From IMG/VR virus record IMGVR_UViG_2744054422_000002, positions 29,022-93,021 of that record: a stretch of DNA of 64,000 nucleotides. One strand, written 5' to 3'. The DNA comes from a virus. Lineage: Duplodnaviria; Caudoviricetes. Below the pieces are notes generated by a model that made no database searches, was not told the origin of the DNA, and saw only the letters and a program-made list of their open reading frames with translations. The translations under genes and the position numbers were made by a program. Positions 1 through 8,611 of this stretch are shown piece by piece. Every line of letters begins with the position of its first letter. Position 1 is the first letter of the stretch.

Positions 1-829
1 CGATGGTGGCGGTCGGGGTGGTCGGCGAAGCGCAGTCGTTCACCGGCAAGCAGACGCCGACGCTGCCGGTCGGCGTGTAGGCCGTGGTGCCGTCAAGGAG
101 CGTGTCCGCCGTGGTGGTTCCGGCGTCGTCGGTGATGAACGTGCGCAGGAACGGGGCGGAGGTGCCATCGGCCTGGACGTCACAGAGGAGTTGCGCCGTC
201 TGGTCCGCGGCGGCCCGGCACGGCACGATGGACGCCGCGGCCAGGACGGCGCCGGTGGCAAGATCGAGGTATGTGACGGCCGGATCCCCGCAGGCGGCGC
301 ACTTGAGGACGGCCGCCGTGCCGGCGCCGCCGGCGCCGTCGTCGTAGCAGACGGTGCCGAGGACGACGGGGGTGTCCGCGGTGGTGTCCTCCGCTGGGCA
401 GTCGACCGGCGCGACTGGCGCGTACGGCTGCGCGAAGTCGCCATCCAGGAACGCGCCGAGGAGGGTGGGAGCGCCGCCGTTGCACGGGTCGAGGGCCCAC
501 ACCTCCACGTACGTGACGTCCGCGGTGCCGTCGCCGCTGGTGTCGTCGCACAGGGTGCGGGTGGTGATCTGCCGGGCGCAGCCGTTGCTCTGGCCGCCGC
601 ACACACTGAGCGTCCCGGTCGGCGTGTAGGCCGCGCCGGTGGACGGGGTGACGATCCGCGTGCCGACCCGGTCGCCGCTGGTGGAGTCGTAGACCGGCTC
701 AACGAGGGCCACGCCAGCCACGCTTCCGTCAGGCAGTACGTCGCAGAGGAGGACGGTCTCGACGTCGACGCGGCGCGTGGCCGCTACGCCGCTGACGATG
801 ACCGGGCCGCCCCCGCAGCATCCGCTCAC
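1..829 (-). CDS. Cys-rich repeat virion-associated protein, paralog of 2782..6273 (3' end runs off the window)
   Basis: Absent from the ORF track because it is open at the window edge. Manual translation from GTG 829 (RBS GGGGGTGA) gives MSGCCGGGPVIVSGVAATRRVDVETVLLCDVLPDGSVAGVALVEPVYD...LCDDTSGDGTADVTYVE...LLCDVQADGTSAPFLRT..., the same LLCD/DGT/FLR/TGTVGxC repeats as the 1163-aa protein. Confidence 0.85.
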   Translation of the reverse strand, partial: MSGCCGGGPVIVSGVAATRRVDVETVLLCDVLPDGSVAGVALVEPVYDSTSGDRVGTRIVTPSTGAAYTPTGTLSVCGGQSNGCARQITTRTLCDDTSGDGTADVTYVEVWALDPCNGGAPTLLGAFLDGDFAQPYAPVAPVDCPAEDTTADTPVVLGTVCYDDGAGGAGTAAVLKCAACGDPAVTYLDLATGAVLAAASIVPCRAAADQTAQLLCDVQADGTSAPFLRTFITDDAGTTTADTLLDGTTAYTPTGSVGVCLPVNDCASPTTPTATI

Positions 830-1441
830 AGAGTCACCCCCCGCGTGCCGAGGCGACCGAGGGCAAGCGGCGATAGACGTAGGAATGTTCCGGGCATGGA
901 CGCTTCCTCACGGGAGGTTCATCGCCCGGCCCAGAACCAGCAGCGTCCCCAAGGTTACCGTCAGCAGCAGAACCCACGCGGGGAGCAAACGAGTAATACA
1001 GGGCGAAGGCCGCAGGCGCGGGAACACCGGCGACCCTCTCACCGAACACCTTGAGCAGACCAAGGCTACAAAGAGGGCCGTCGACCGACCGAGGCCCGGT
1101 GAGTCGCGACCGTAAAGACTTGGCATGACGGTGAGCCATCAACAGCAGCAGCACCGCATGCAGTCGTCGAAAGAGACGGTCGAGTTGAAAATCATGTGAC
1201 GCACCATCAGCACCCTTCCTAGCTGCGGTTTTGCGAGGATGGCACGCCACCAGCGAGACAGATGAGGTGCGGGCGGGGTGGGTTCCGTTGGTGTCACGGC
1301 GGGGGATATTCAAACCTCAGGTAATCCTCAAGCCAAAAGATGACTCTTGACGATCAACAGGCTGGTCAATCACTGTCATCACAGCTCTTCGGAGCGGGAG
1401 CGCCTGACTAGCGCAACCTAAAATAAGGGGCGGGGATCAAT

Positions 1442-2140
1442 TTGCTACGCAGCAATTCAGTGCGTCATCGTGTCATGCAGGCCGTCGTGGGGGGTTCCAC
1501 AGCATTGGTGCTGTTCGGCGGCCTCGGGACGCAAGCCGCATTCGCAGATGACGGCGACACGACGGGCAATTCGGCAACCGTGCACGAAACGGCACCGGAC
1601 GAGGTCGACGAGACCGACGCAGTAGAGGTGCCATCGAATCAGGTGGACACCGAACCCGACATTCCCAGCACAGACCCTGGACCGGGCAATCACCCGGGAA
1701 GTGAGTACTGCGACCCAGTCAATGTCTACACGCCTACATACAAGGGCGGGTATCACATGAAGGGCATTGGCATCACGCAGTCCAACACTAACGCGACCAG
1801 CCGGGGTATGACGTCGACATTCACGTCAACGACCACCGGAACCGTTGGCGTCGCCATTGCCGGGCACCTCTCCACCAGCGTCCAAGTCATGGTTGCCAAG
1901 ATTGAGGCGAAGTACGACGTGACTCTCACCGCCTCCGTGGCTGTCGGCATCTCCACTTCATCCGCCATCACGACACCGGCGCACTACTCCACGTACGGGA
2001 AGTACGGCGTCTACCGGCTGCGCAACCAAGGCGTCAGCTACCACTACTACACCAATTGCTCCACCACTCCGCACGTCACCGTGACCAGCTACACGCCTCA
2101 CCACCTAGGCTGGTTTATCTGGGAGACGAAGAACGGATGA
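1442..2140 (+). CDS. Secreted protein (signal peptide, acidic linker, Ser/Thr-rich beta domain; possibly aerolysin/ETX-MTX2-like)
   Basis: Hydrophobic N-terminus ending AFA-DD; C-terminal STFTSTTTGTVGVAIAGHLSTSVQVMVAKIEAKYDVTLTASVAVGISTSS amphipathic beta pattern flanked by two Cys; lower GC than neighbours. Start codon uncertain. Confidence 0.65.
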   Translation: MLRSNSVRHRVMQAVVGGSTALVLFGGLGTQAAFADDGDTTGNSATVHETAPDEVDETDAVEVPSNQVDTEPDIPSTDPGPGNHPGSEYCDPVNVYTPTYKGGYHMKGIGITQSNTNATSRGMTSTFTSTTTGTVGVAIAGHLSTSVQVMVAKIEAKYDVTLTASVAVGISTSSAITTPAHYSTYGKYGVYRLRNQGVSYHYYTNCSTTPHVTVTSYTPHHLGWFIWETKNG

Positions 2141-2676
2141 GCGCCTTCCATCGAACTGGTCGCCTGGCTTGTGCCACCGTGCTCTCCGCCGCAGCCGCGG
2201 TGGGATGCACCAGCGGTCACTCCTCTTCGGCAGCGCACCCCACGGCATCCGAGACCGGAAACGTCAGTACTGCCGAGCCAAAGCCCACACCCTCGGATAC
2301 GCCCCAAGCCCCACAACACACCGCCTCGGTGGCCAAGCCCCCCAATCTTGCCGAGGATGGAGTCCCGGTGCTTGTTTCCGCTGCCGGCCTCAAAGGCAGC
2401 GCGGAATATCCCCTCAAGGGAGGCATCCGGGCGGGCAAGACGCTGGCCACAGCGGTGAATTGCCAAGGCGACGGAACTTTGCGGGTCTCCTTGGAGCCGA
2501 CCGGGCTCAGTTTTCCACTGACATGCTCGGAGGGAAACGTCACGCCCACATTCAACGAAGTACGGTTTGCGTCCAACCATAAAAAGGCGTACTTCAAGTT
2601 CACCCCGTCGCCATCCTCAGACATCACATGGTCCTTTGCCGCAGGATGGGATCCACACCCTCCCAAAAGGGAATAG
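2137..2676 (+). CDS. Lipoprotein
   Basis: ATG 2137 overlaps the upstream TGA (ATGA coupling); lipobox AVG-C after a hydrophobic stretch; Pro/Ser/Thr linker, then a beta domain with two Cys. Confidence 0.8.
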   Translation: MSAFHRTGRLACATVLSAAAAVGCTSGHSSSAAHPTASETGNVSTAEPKPTPSDTPQAPQHTASVAKPPNLAEDGVPVLVSAAGLKGSAEYPLKGGIRAGKTLATAVNCQGDGTLRVSLEPTGLSFPLTCSEGNVTPTFNEVRFASNHKKAYFKFTPSPSSDITWSFAAGWDPHPPKRE

Positions 2677-2742
2677 TCTCGCATTTTTCGAAGCGTGCGC
2701 TGCCTGGTGGGGTGGCCAAGAGTCCAAAAAAGCGGGGACCAC

Positions 2743-2775
2743 GTGGCCCGCTGCACCCTCGGTGCAGCGGGCCAC
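2743..2775. terminator. Bidirectional intrinsic terminator-like hairpin
   Basis: Perfect 15-bp inverted repeat GTGGCCCGCTGCACC-ctc-GGTGCAGCGGGCCAC between convergent genes. Confidence 0.8.
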
Positions 2776-2781
2776 ACCCGT

Positions 2782-5700
2782 TTACAGCGTGATCACGCTC
2801 GTCCAGGTAACGGTCACGGTGCCGGTGTCCGCCGCGATGGTGAGTGGGCCGGTCAACAGGGCGTCGGTGTCGCGGGCGACGCTCCAGGTCGCCGCCTCGC
2901 CGGTGTGCAGGGTGCTGGGGCCGTCGGCAGTCGTAACGAGGCCGTCGCCGCCGAAGGCGACCGCGGTGACGGACTGGAGGGTCGGCCACACGGCGGCGTC
3001 CCATGACTGGCCGGCCGTGAGTTCCCGGCGGCGGGCCTGGACACCGAACGCTGGGTCGGCGCCCTCGGCGTCGTCGAGGGCGTTGCAATCCACCGGCGCG
3101 ACCGGGGTGTACTCGGCAGTGAGGCCGTCGGTGTAGGTGCCCAGGCTGGTGAGGGCGCCTGTGCAGTCGACGGCCAGGAGCTCGACATAGCCGACGTCGG
3201 GCAGGCCGTCGCCGTCGGTGTCGTCGCACCGGCACTCTTGGATGACGTTCTGTGCCCGGCACGGCTGTTCCGGGCAGCAGGAGCCTCCGACCGCCTCACA
3301 GTGGCCCGCCGCGCCGGTGGGCGTGTACGGCTGTCCGTCGATGGTCGTGTCAGTGACCGCGGCGACCTCGCCGGTCTCACAGTCCGTGATGACGTTGCGA
3401 AGGAACTGCACCGCGCAACCGGTCTGGTCGTAGACCACGGTGGCGTCGAACGCGGACAGCTGCCACGCGGTGCGGCGCGGCGGCGGGCATAGGGCGCCGC
3501 TGTCGTCGTAGGCGTCGAACGCGACCAGGACGGCGATGTTCCCGGCGGCGAGGTCGGCGGCCGGGACGTCCGCCTCCGCAGTGAGCGTCCCCGTCCACCC
3601 GGCGGGCGTGTTGGCCGGGGGGAGCGCGAGCGCTACCCGGTTCGCTTCATCGGTGCCGTTGTACATGCCGATGAACCCGGTGGTGGCGCAGCCGTTGTCA
3701 GGGCCGAGCTGGACAACGTCTACCTGTACCGAGACATGTGCGGTGCCGGCGTCACAGACCGGCAGCTGCGCCTGGATGATGGCCGCGGCGGTGCGCACAG
3801 TGCCGGTCGTGCCCGGCTGCGGCCCCGCCGCGTCGGGAAGGGTGAGTGTGCCGCCGTCCCACAGGGTTTGGGCCCCTGCCGTGGCCACGCCCGTGGTGTA
3901 CGGGTAGTAGGGCGCTGGCGGGGTGTCGGTGATGGTCGGGCTCGGCGTGCCGTCGGTGGGCAGGTCGCACAGGAGGAGCGTGCTGGTGTTCCGGCACGGC
4001 GGCGTGCACTGGCCGACCGTGCCCGCGATGGCGTACGGGGTGGTGCCGTCGAGGGTGGTGTCCTGGGTGGCGGTGAGGGGGCCGTCGCAGCTGTAGGTCA
4101 GGTGCCGCAGGAAGGCTGTCACGGTGCCGTCGGCGGCCGTGTCGCACAACGGCAGCGTCTCAACGTCCGTACACGTGCCGGCAACAACGGTGCCGCCGCT
4201 GGTGGACGCGCACTGTGCGGGCTGACCGGTGACGGTGTACGGGTCGCCGTCGAGGGTGGTGTCCGTGACGGCGAGGACAGCGCCAGTGACACAGCCGGTG
4301 GTGATCGTGCGGAGGAACTGCGCGCCGCAACCGTCGGTATCGTAGGCGTACGCGGCGGTGAAGTTCCGGGCCTCCCACTGGCGTTGGTCCGGCGGCGGGC
4401 ACGTCGCGGTCTGGAACGTCTCCACGTCGAGCCAGACAGCGACGTCGCCGGCGGCCAGGTCTGCCGCGGGGACGTCCGCCTCAATGGTCAGCGTCTGGGG
4501 CGCGCCGACTGGGGTGTTGAAGAGGCCGGTACCCGACGCGAGGACCGACCCGTCCGTGTGGAACAGCCGGAAGCGGCCCGCGCCGGAGCAGCCAGCACCA
4601 GGGCCGAAGTTCTCGACCACGACCGACAGCGACAGGTGGACGGTGCCCGCGTTGCATGCGGGCGCATCCGCCTGCAAGGTGGCGGCGACGTACCGGTGGA
4701 CCTGGGTGATGACGCCCGGGTTGGTCGAGACGTCCGGGCCGAAGGTGATCGTTCCACCGGACCAGAGCGCGGCTCCGCCGCCGGGGCGGAGAACGAAGTC
4801 GCCGTTCGGGATGTCCGCAATGAACTGCTGCGCCGTGTCCGTCACGACGGAGACGCCGGTGGCAGGCTCGTCGTCGGGGAGGTCGCACAGCAGCAGCGTG
4901 TTGGCGTTGCTGCACGGTTCCGCGCACACGCCGACGGTGCCGGTGGCGGCGTACGGCGTGCCGTCCAGGCCGTAGTCCTTGTGTCCGGTGATCTGGCCGG
5001 TGGTGGCGTCGCGCCGGTAGTCCCGCAGGAACGGGACCGCGGTGCCGTCCGCCTGGACGTCGCACAGGACGGTGAGGTCCAGGTCCGCGGCTGGCGCGCC
5101 GGTCCCGGCCGGGCAGATGTTCAGCTGCCCCTGGAGCGTGTAGGTGGTGCCGGTGGCCGGGTCGACCAGGCGCACGGAGGCCAGGGAGCCGTCCGGGTTG
5201 TACTCGTACTCCACAAGGACCAGGCCGAGGACGTCGCCGGTGGCCGGGTCCACATCACAGAGCAGCCCGGCGAGTTCGAAGGCCCGGGAGTCCCCGCACG
5301 CGGCGGCGCCGGTCGGGGGCGCCCCGGCGGAGAAGGCGCCGGTGGTGAGGTTGATCCACCCGTCCTGGGTGACCACGCCGTCACAGTCGCGGGTGACCAC
5401 CACGGCGATGGGTGTGCCGTCGGCCAGGCACAGGCCGAGGGTCGCGGCCGGGGTGGTCTGCTCCGCGCACGGTGTTGAGCCGCCGTCAGTTCCGGCGCAG
5501 GCGCCGACCGTGCCGGTGACGACGTGCGGGGTCTGCCCGTCGAGCGCGACGTCCTCGTACGACGCCGTCCCGTTGAGGAAGACGTACCGGCGCAGGAAGG
5601 GTCCGCTGCCGTCGCACAGCATCACCGTCTCGCGGTCGGGGCAGCCGTAGGTGCAGGCGACTGGCGCGGTCGGCACGTACGGCACCGACGGGTCGTCCTG

Positions 5701-6273
5701 GTAGGTGAGGACGAGTTCGGCCGTGCCGTCGGCGCGAATGCACCACAGCTCGCTGTAGGTGTCGTCGGGCTGGCCGTCGCCGTCGGTGTCGTCGCACCGC
5801 TGACGACAGATCGTGTCGATGCAGTCCGTCGTGCACGCCCCCGCATCGGCAGGGGCCGCGCCGGGCGTGAACAGGCCGGTGGTCGGGTTGATCCAGCCGA
5901 CGACGACCGGATCATGGGCGGGGGTGTCGCAGTCGGCGCACTCGGAGCGGACGACGACGAGGATGCTCGTGCCGTCGGCAAGGCACATGGGCGCCGTGGC
6001 GATGGACGGGGAGCAGGAGCAGCCGAGCGTGCACGGGCCGGCGTCGGCCGGGACCGCGCCCGCGGTGTAGGTGCCGGTGACGGGGTCGATCCAGCCGATG
6101 GCGGCCGGGTCGGCTGCCGGATCACCGCAGTCGACGCACTCGGAACGGATGACGACGAGGACGGTCGTGCCGTCCGCACGGCACAGCGGCGTGGAGGCGA
6201 TCGAGGGCGCGCAGGCGCAGGTGCCTGTCGTGCCTCCGTCGCCCGGGGCGCACGGGACGGGCGAGACCGGCAT
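2782..6273 (-). CDS. Large Cys-rich repeat protein, probable virion decoration/fibre protein
   Basis: 1163 aa; many ~55-aa repeats (LCD..DGT..FLR..DTTLDG.PY..TGTVG.C), DxDGDG motifs and two duplicated ~190-aa inserted domains; located directly downstream of the capsid genes. Confidence 0.75.
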   Translation of the reverse strand: MPVSPVPCAPGDGGTTGTCACAPSIASTPLCRADGTTVLVVIRSECVDCGDPAADPAAIGWIDPVTGTYTAGAVPADAGPCTLGCSCSPSIATAPMCLADGTSILVVVRSECADCDTPAHDPVVVGWINPTTGLFTPGAAPADAGACTTDCIDTICRQRCDDTDGDGQPDDTYSELWCIRADGTAELVLTYQDDPSVPYVPTAPVACTYGCPDRETVMLCDGSGPFLRRYVFLNGTASYEDVALDGQTPHVVTGTVGACAGTDGGSTPCAEQTTPAATLGLCLADGTPIAVVVTRDCDGVVTQDGWINLTTGAFSAGAPPTGAAACGDSRAFELAGLLCDVDPATGDVLGLVLVEYEYNPDGSLASVRLVDPATGTTYTLQGQLNICPAGTGAPAADLDLTVLCDVQADGTAVPFLRDYRRDATTGQITGHKDYGLDGTPYAATGTVGVCAEPCSNANTLLLCDLPDDEPATGVSVVTDTAQQFIADIPNGDFVLRPGGGAALWSGGTITFGPDVSTNPGVITQVHRYVAATLQADAPACNAGTVHLSLSVVVENFGPGAGCSGAGRFRLFHTDGSVLASGTGLFNTPVGAPQTLTIEADVPAADLAAGDVAVWLDVETFQTATCPPPDQRQWEARNFTAAYAYDTDGCGAQFLRTITTGCVTGAVLAVTDTTLDGDPYTVTGQPAQCASTSGGTVVAGTCTDVETLPLCDTAADGTVTAFLRHLTYSCDGPLTATQDTTLDGTTPYAIAGTVGQCTPPCRNTSTLLLCDLPTDGTPSPTITDTPPAPYYPYTTGVATAGAQTLWDGGTLTLPDAAGPQPGTTGTVRTAAAIIQAQLPVCDAGTAHVSVQVDVVQLGPDNGCATTGFIGMYNGTDEANRVALALPPANTPAGWTGTLTAEADVPAADLAAGNIAVLVAFDAYDDSGALCPPPRRTAWQLSAFDATVVYDQTGCAVQFLRNVITDCETGEVAAVTDTTIDGQPYTPTGAAGHCEAVGGSCCPEQPCRAQNVIQECRCDDTDGDGLPDVGYVELLAVDCTGALTSLGTYTDGLTAEYTPVAPVDCNALDDAEGADPAFGVQARRRELTAGQSWDAAVWPTLQSVTAVAFGGDGLVTTADGPSTLHTGEAATWSVARDTDALLTGPLTIAADTGTVTVTWTSVITL

Positions 6274-6276
6274 GGG

Positions 6277-6762
6277 TCAGTCCTCCGGGTGGGCCTGACG
6301 GCGGTGGGTGGCAAGGGCGCGGTCGCTCTTGAAGGGGCGGTCGCAGTCGGGGCACTTGGGCTGGCCGTCTTCGGCGGCTGCGTCGCTTCGGTCGCTCGCA
6401 TCGGCCGGGTGGACGTCGAGCGGCACGGCGCCGGGCGGGTACGCCTCGGCAGGCACCTCGGGCAGCGGCTCGCCGGGGATCCCGTCCCGCTCCGGCTGGT
6501 CGACGCCGAGGAGCTCCAGGCCGCTGGCCGGGTCGGTCGGCTCAGGCTCGTCGGGAATGACGTATGCGTGCCCATCGACCACCGCGCCGACCAAGAGCCG
6601 CTCGGGCACGCTGGTGAACAGGCCGTACGGGACGGCGAAGTCCACCGGCGACACCGTGCGCACCTTCGGGTCCTGAGCGACCGCCCAACGGGCGAAGGCG
6701 GTCCGCAGGTCACGGGCCGGCTGGACGGTGATGAACGCTCTACTCACGGGCGAGGCCCCCAT
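6277..6762 (-). CDS. Phage protein with C-terminal C2H2 zinc finger
   Basis: CPDCDRPFKSDRALATHRRQAH motif; lies in the head operon. Confidence 0.75.
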   Translation of the reverse strand: MGASPVSRAFITVQPARDLRTAFARWAVAQDPKVRTVSPVDFAVPYGLFTSVPERLLVGAVVDGHAYVIPDEPEPTDPASGLELLGVDQPERDGIPGEPLPEVPAEAYPPGAVPLDVHPADASDRSDAAAEDGQPKCPDCDRPFKSDRALATHRRQAHPED

Positions 6763-6780
6763 CGTGGTCGTGGACGGCGG

Positions 6781-7620
6781 TCATGAGGGGCACGTCGAGA
6801 CGTTGATCGCGCAGACGGTGCAGGTCGTCGCAACCACGTAGGTCCTCTCGACCAGGACCCGCCGGTCGTTGATGCGGTAGTTGACTGACGGACCCGGCGT
6901 GTCCGGGATGGTCACGGCCGGGCCGCGCCGGACGACGACCGGGCCGGTGATGTACAGCCAGGCGGTGCCGTCGTCGGCGGGGATGTTGCCGGGTCCGGTG
7001 TTCGCGGTGCTGTATCCGGAGCCGATGACGACGCAGTTCCCGGCGAGGGTCGTCGGGTTGCCGCCGCCCGGGTCGCGCTGCACGACGTTGCAGCAGCCGA
7101 GGAGCGCCGCGGCCCCGGCGGGGACGTGGAGGACGCCGATGCCGCCGTACTGTTCGGCCAGGCAGCCTTCCAGGGCCGCGACGCCCTGCGCGATGTTCAC
7201 CGGTCCAGCGGCCGGGGTGAGGTCCTGGGCGTTCGCGGCGAGGAAGTTCGTCCAGAAGCCGAGTTCAACAGCTTCCTGCTGGCCGAGTTCGAGGGACGCC
7301 TCTGCGTGCGCGCGGGACTCCGGGTAGCTCCAGCCCATGGCGGAGCACTCGGCGCCCGCGTACACGGTGATCGGGTCGGCGTGCTCTGCAGTCGGCCTGC
7401 AGAACTCCTTCTGCGGGGTGGGGCCAGGGCTCTCGTCGGCGCCCACGCACGGGTCGTTCCACACCTCGACCGGGCAGCAGCCGAGCGCCATCCACTCCAC
7501 GCCCAGCAGTTCGTGCTCGTCGGTGACGTCGATGACGTCGGTACAGCCACCCAGGATCCCGTACGGGAGCGGCTTCCCGGGGAGAGCCTCTACACGCCGC
7601 CTCATACCAGTGGACGCCAC
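6781..7620 (-). CDS. Major capsid pentamer protein (mycobacteriophage cluster B-like)
   Basis: 279 aa; motifs PITVYAG.EC, GVAALEGCLA..YGGIGVLHVP, T.AGNCVVIGSGY and WLYITGPVVVRR; follows the hexamer gene. Recognised by eye. Confidence 0.7.
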   Translation of the reverse strand: MASTGMRRRVEALPGKPLPYGILGGCTDVIDVTDEHELLGVEWMALGCCPVEVWNDPCVGADESPGPTPQKEFCRPTAEHADPITVYAGAECSAMGWSYPESRAHAEASLELGQQEAVELGFWTNFLAANAQDLTPAAGPVNIAQGVAALEGCLAEQYGGIGVLHVPAGAAALLGCCNVVQRDPGGGNPTTLAGNCVVIGSGYSTANTGPGNIPADDGTAWLYITGPVVVRRGPAVTIPDTPGPSVNYRINDRRVLVERTYVVATTCTVCAINVSTCPS

Positions 7621-7744
7621 GTCAGATCACCCCCACGGGGAGCAACCGGCGTGCCGACAACGGTCGTTGTACCAGGTGAAAGGGCCGACGGTGCAGCGAA
7701 CACCGCCGACCCAGACCGAACACCTGTGATCGAGGAGTCCGGCC

Positions 7745-8539
7745 ATGGCCGACGTTATCTGTTCCGTCGTCGAAGACGACACCCGTTGCGCTCGTCCCGC
7801 GATCGCCCGCGGCTGGTGCAACAAGCATTACGTCCGGTGGCAACGCACCGGTGACCCGCTGACGGTGCGTACTCGTAAGGCGGCTGACTGCCGCGCGCTC
7901 GGTTGCGAGCAGCCCGCGGTGGGCCAGGGCCTGTGCCGCAAGCACTACATGCGGATGCAGCGTCGTGGAACCCTGGAGGTCGCCCGTCGGCAGTTCACGT
8001 ACACCTCCGACCCCGTGGCCGACTTCTGGCGCCTTGCGGACCAGACGGCCGGGTCTGAGGCCTGTTGGCCGTGGACAGGAACTCTGACGGGCCAAAACTA
8101 CGGAAGTTGGATACACGCCCCCGCTCACCGGATGGCGTACGTCTACGCCACGGGCCATGTCCCGGGGGAGCTGGTCATCGACCACAGGTGCCACGTCCCC
8201 GCCGACTGTCCTGGCGGACAGGCGTGTCTGCACCGGCGATGCGTGAACCCTGCGCACCTGAAGGCTGTGAAGCACGCTGAGAACGTGAGCGCCGAACGGT
8301 CGAGCAACGGGCGGCCCGCCAACGACACCTGTTCCGTCGATGCCTGTGGACGGCCCTACGTCGCCAAGGGCCTGTGTACGAAGCACTGGCAAGCTTCCCG
8401 CCGCGCGCCGAAGCCAGCGCGCACCGTGTGCCGCAATGGGCATCCGGTGATTGGCCCCGACGCGGACGTGAAGGTCGACGGGCGAGGGCACGTCAGGTGC
8501 CAGCAGTGCAGGCAGAACTGGGAGGCGCGGAACCTGTAG
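7745..8539 (+). CDS. Free-standing HNH homing endonuclease with repeated Cys/His Zn-binding modules
   Basis: CWPWTG...AHRMAY...IDHRCH...CVNPAHL...EN core; repeated C-x4-C...GxCxKHY modules; C-terminal CRNGH...CQQC; antisense insertion between the two capsid genes. Confidence 0.85.
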   Translation: MADVICSVVEDDTRCARPAIARGWCNKHYVRWQRTGDPLTVRTRKAADCRALGCEQPAVGQGLCRKHYMRMQRRGTLEVARRQFTYTSDPVADFWRLADQTAGSEACWPWTGTLTGQNYGSWIHAPAHRMAYVYATGHVPGELVIDHRCHVPADCPGGQACLHRRCVNPAHLKAVKHAENVSAERSSNGRPANDTCSVDACGRPYVAKGLCTKHWQASRRAPKPARTVCRNGHPVIGPDADVKVDGRGHVRCQQCRQNWEARNL

Positions 8540-8564
8540 AGACATCCTGGCCCGTTTCTGTATA

Positions 8565-8598
8565 GCGGTCCCGCCCCCTTCGCTGGGGACGGGGCCGC
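8565..8598. terminator. GC-rich hairpin between convergent HNH and capsid genes
   Basis: GCGGTCCCGCCCC...GGGGACGGGGCCGC imperfect inverted repeat. Confidence 0.5.
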
Positions 8599-8611
8599 GG
8601 CCGTCTGTGGG

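Noticed and set aside
834-1313. ORFs of 159 aa and 72 aa between the Cys-rich gene and the secreted-protein cassette
   Set aside because: No RBS, codon bias or recognisable motif; probably promoter region or decayed sequence.
3736-6786. Long plus-strand ORFs (580 aa, 420 aa) and similar ones such as 40280..42556 and 11885..13528
   Set aside because: Antisense shadows of high-GC3 minus-strand genes; Arg/Gly-rich with no motifs.
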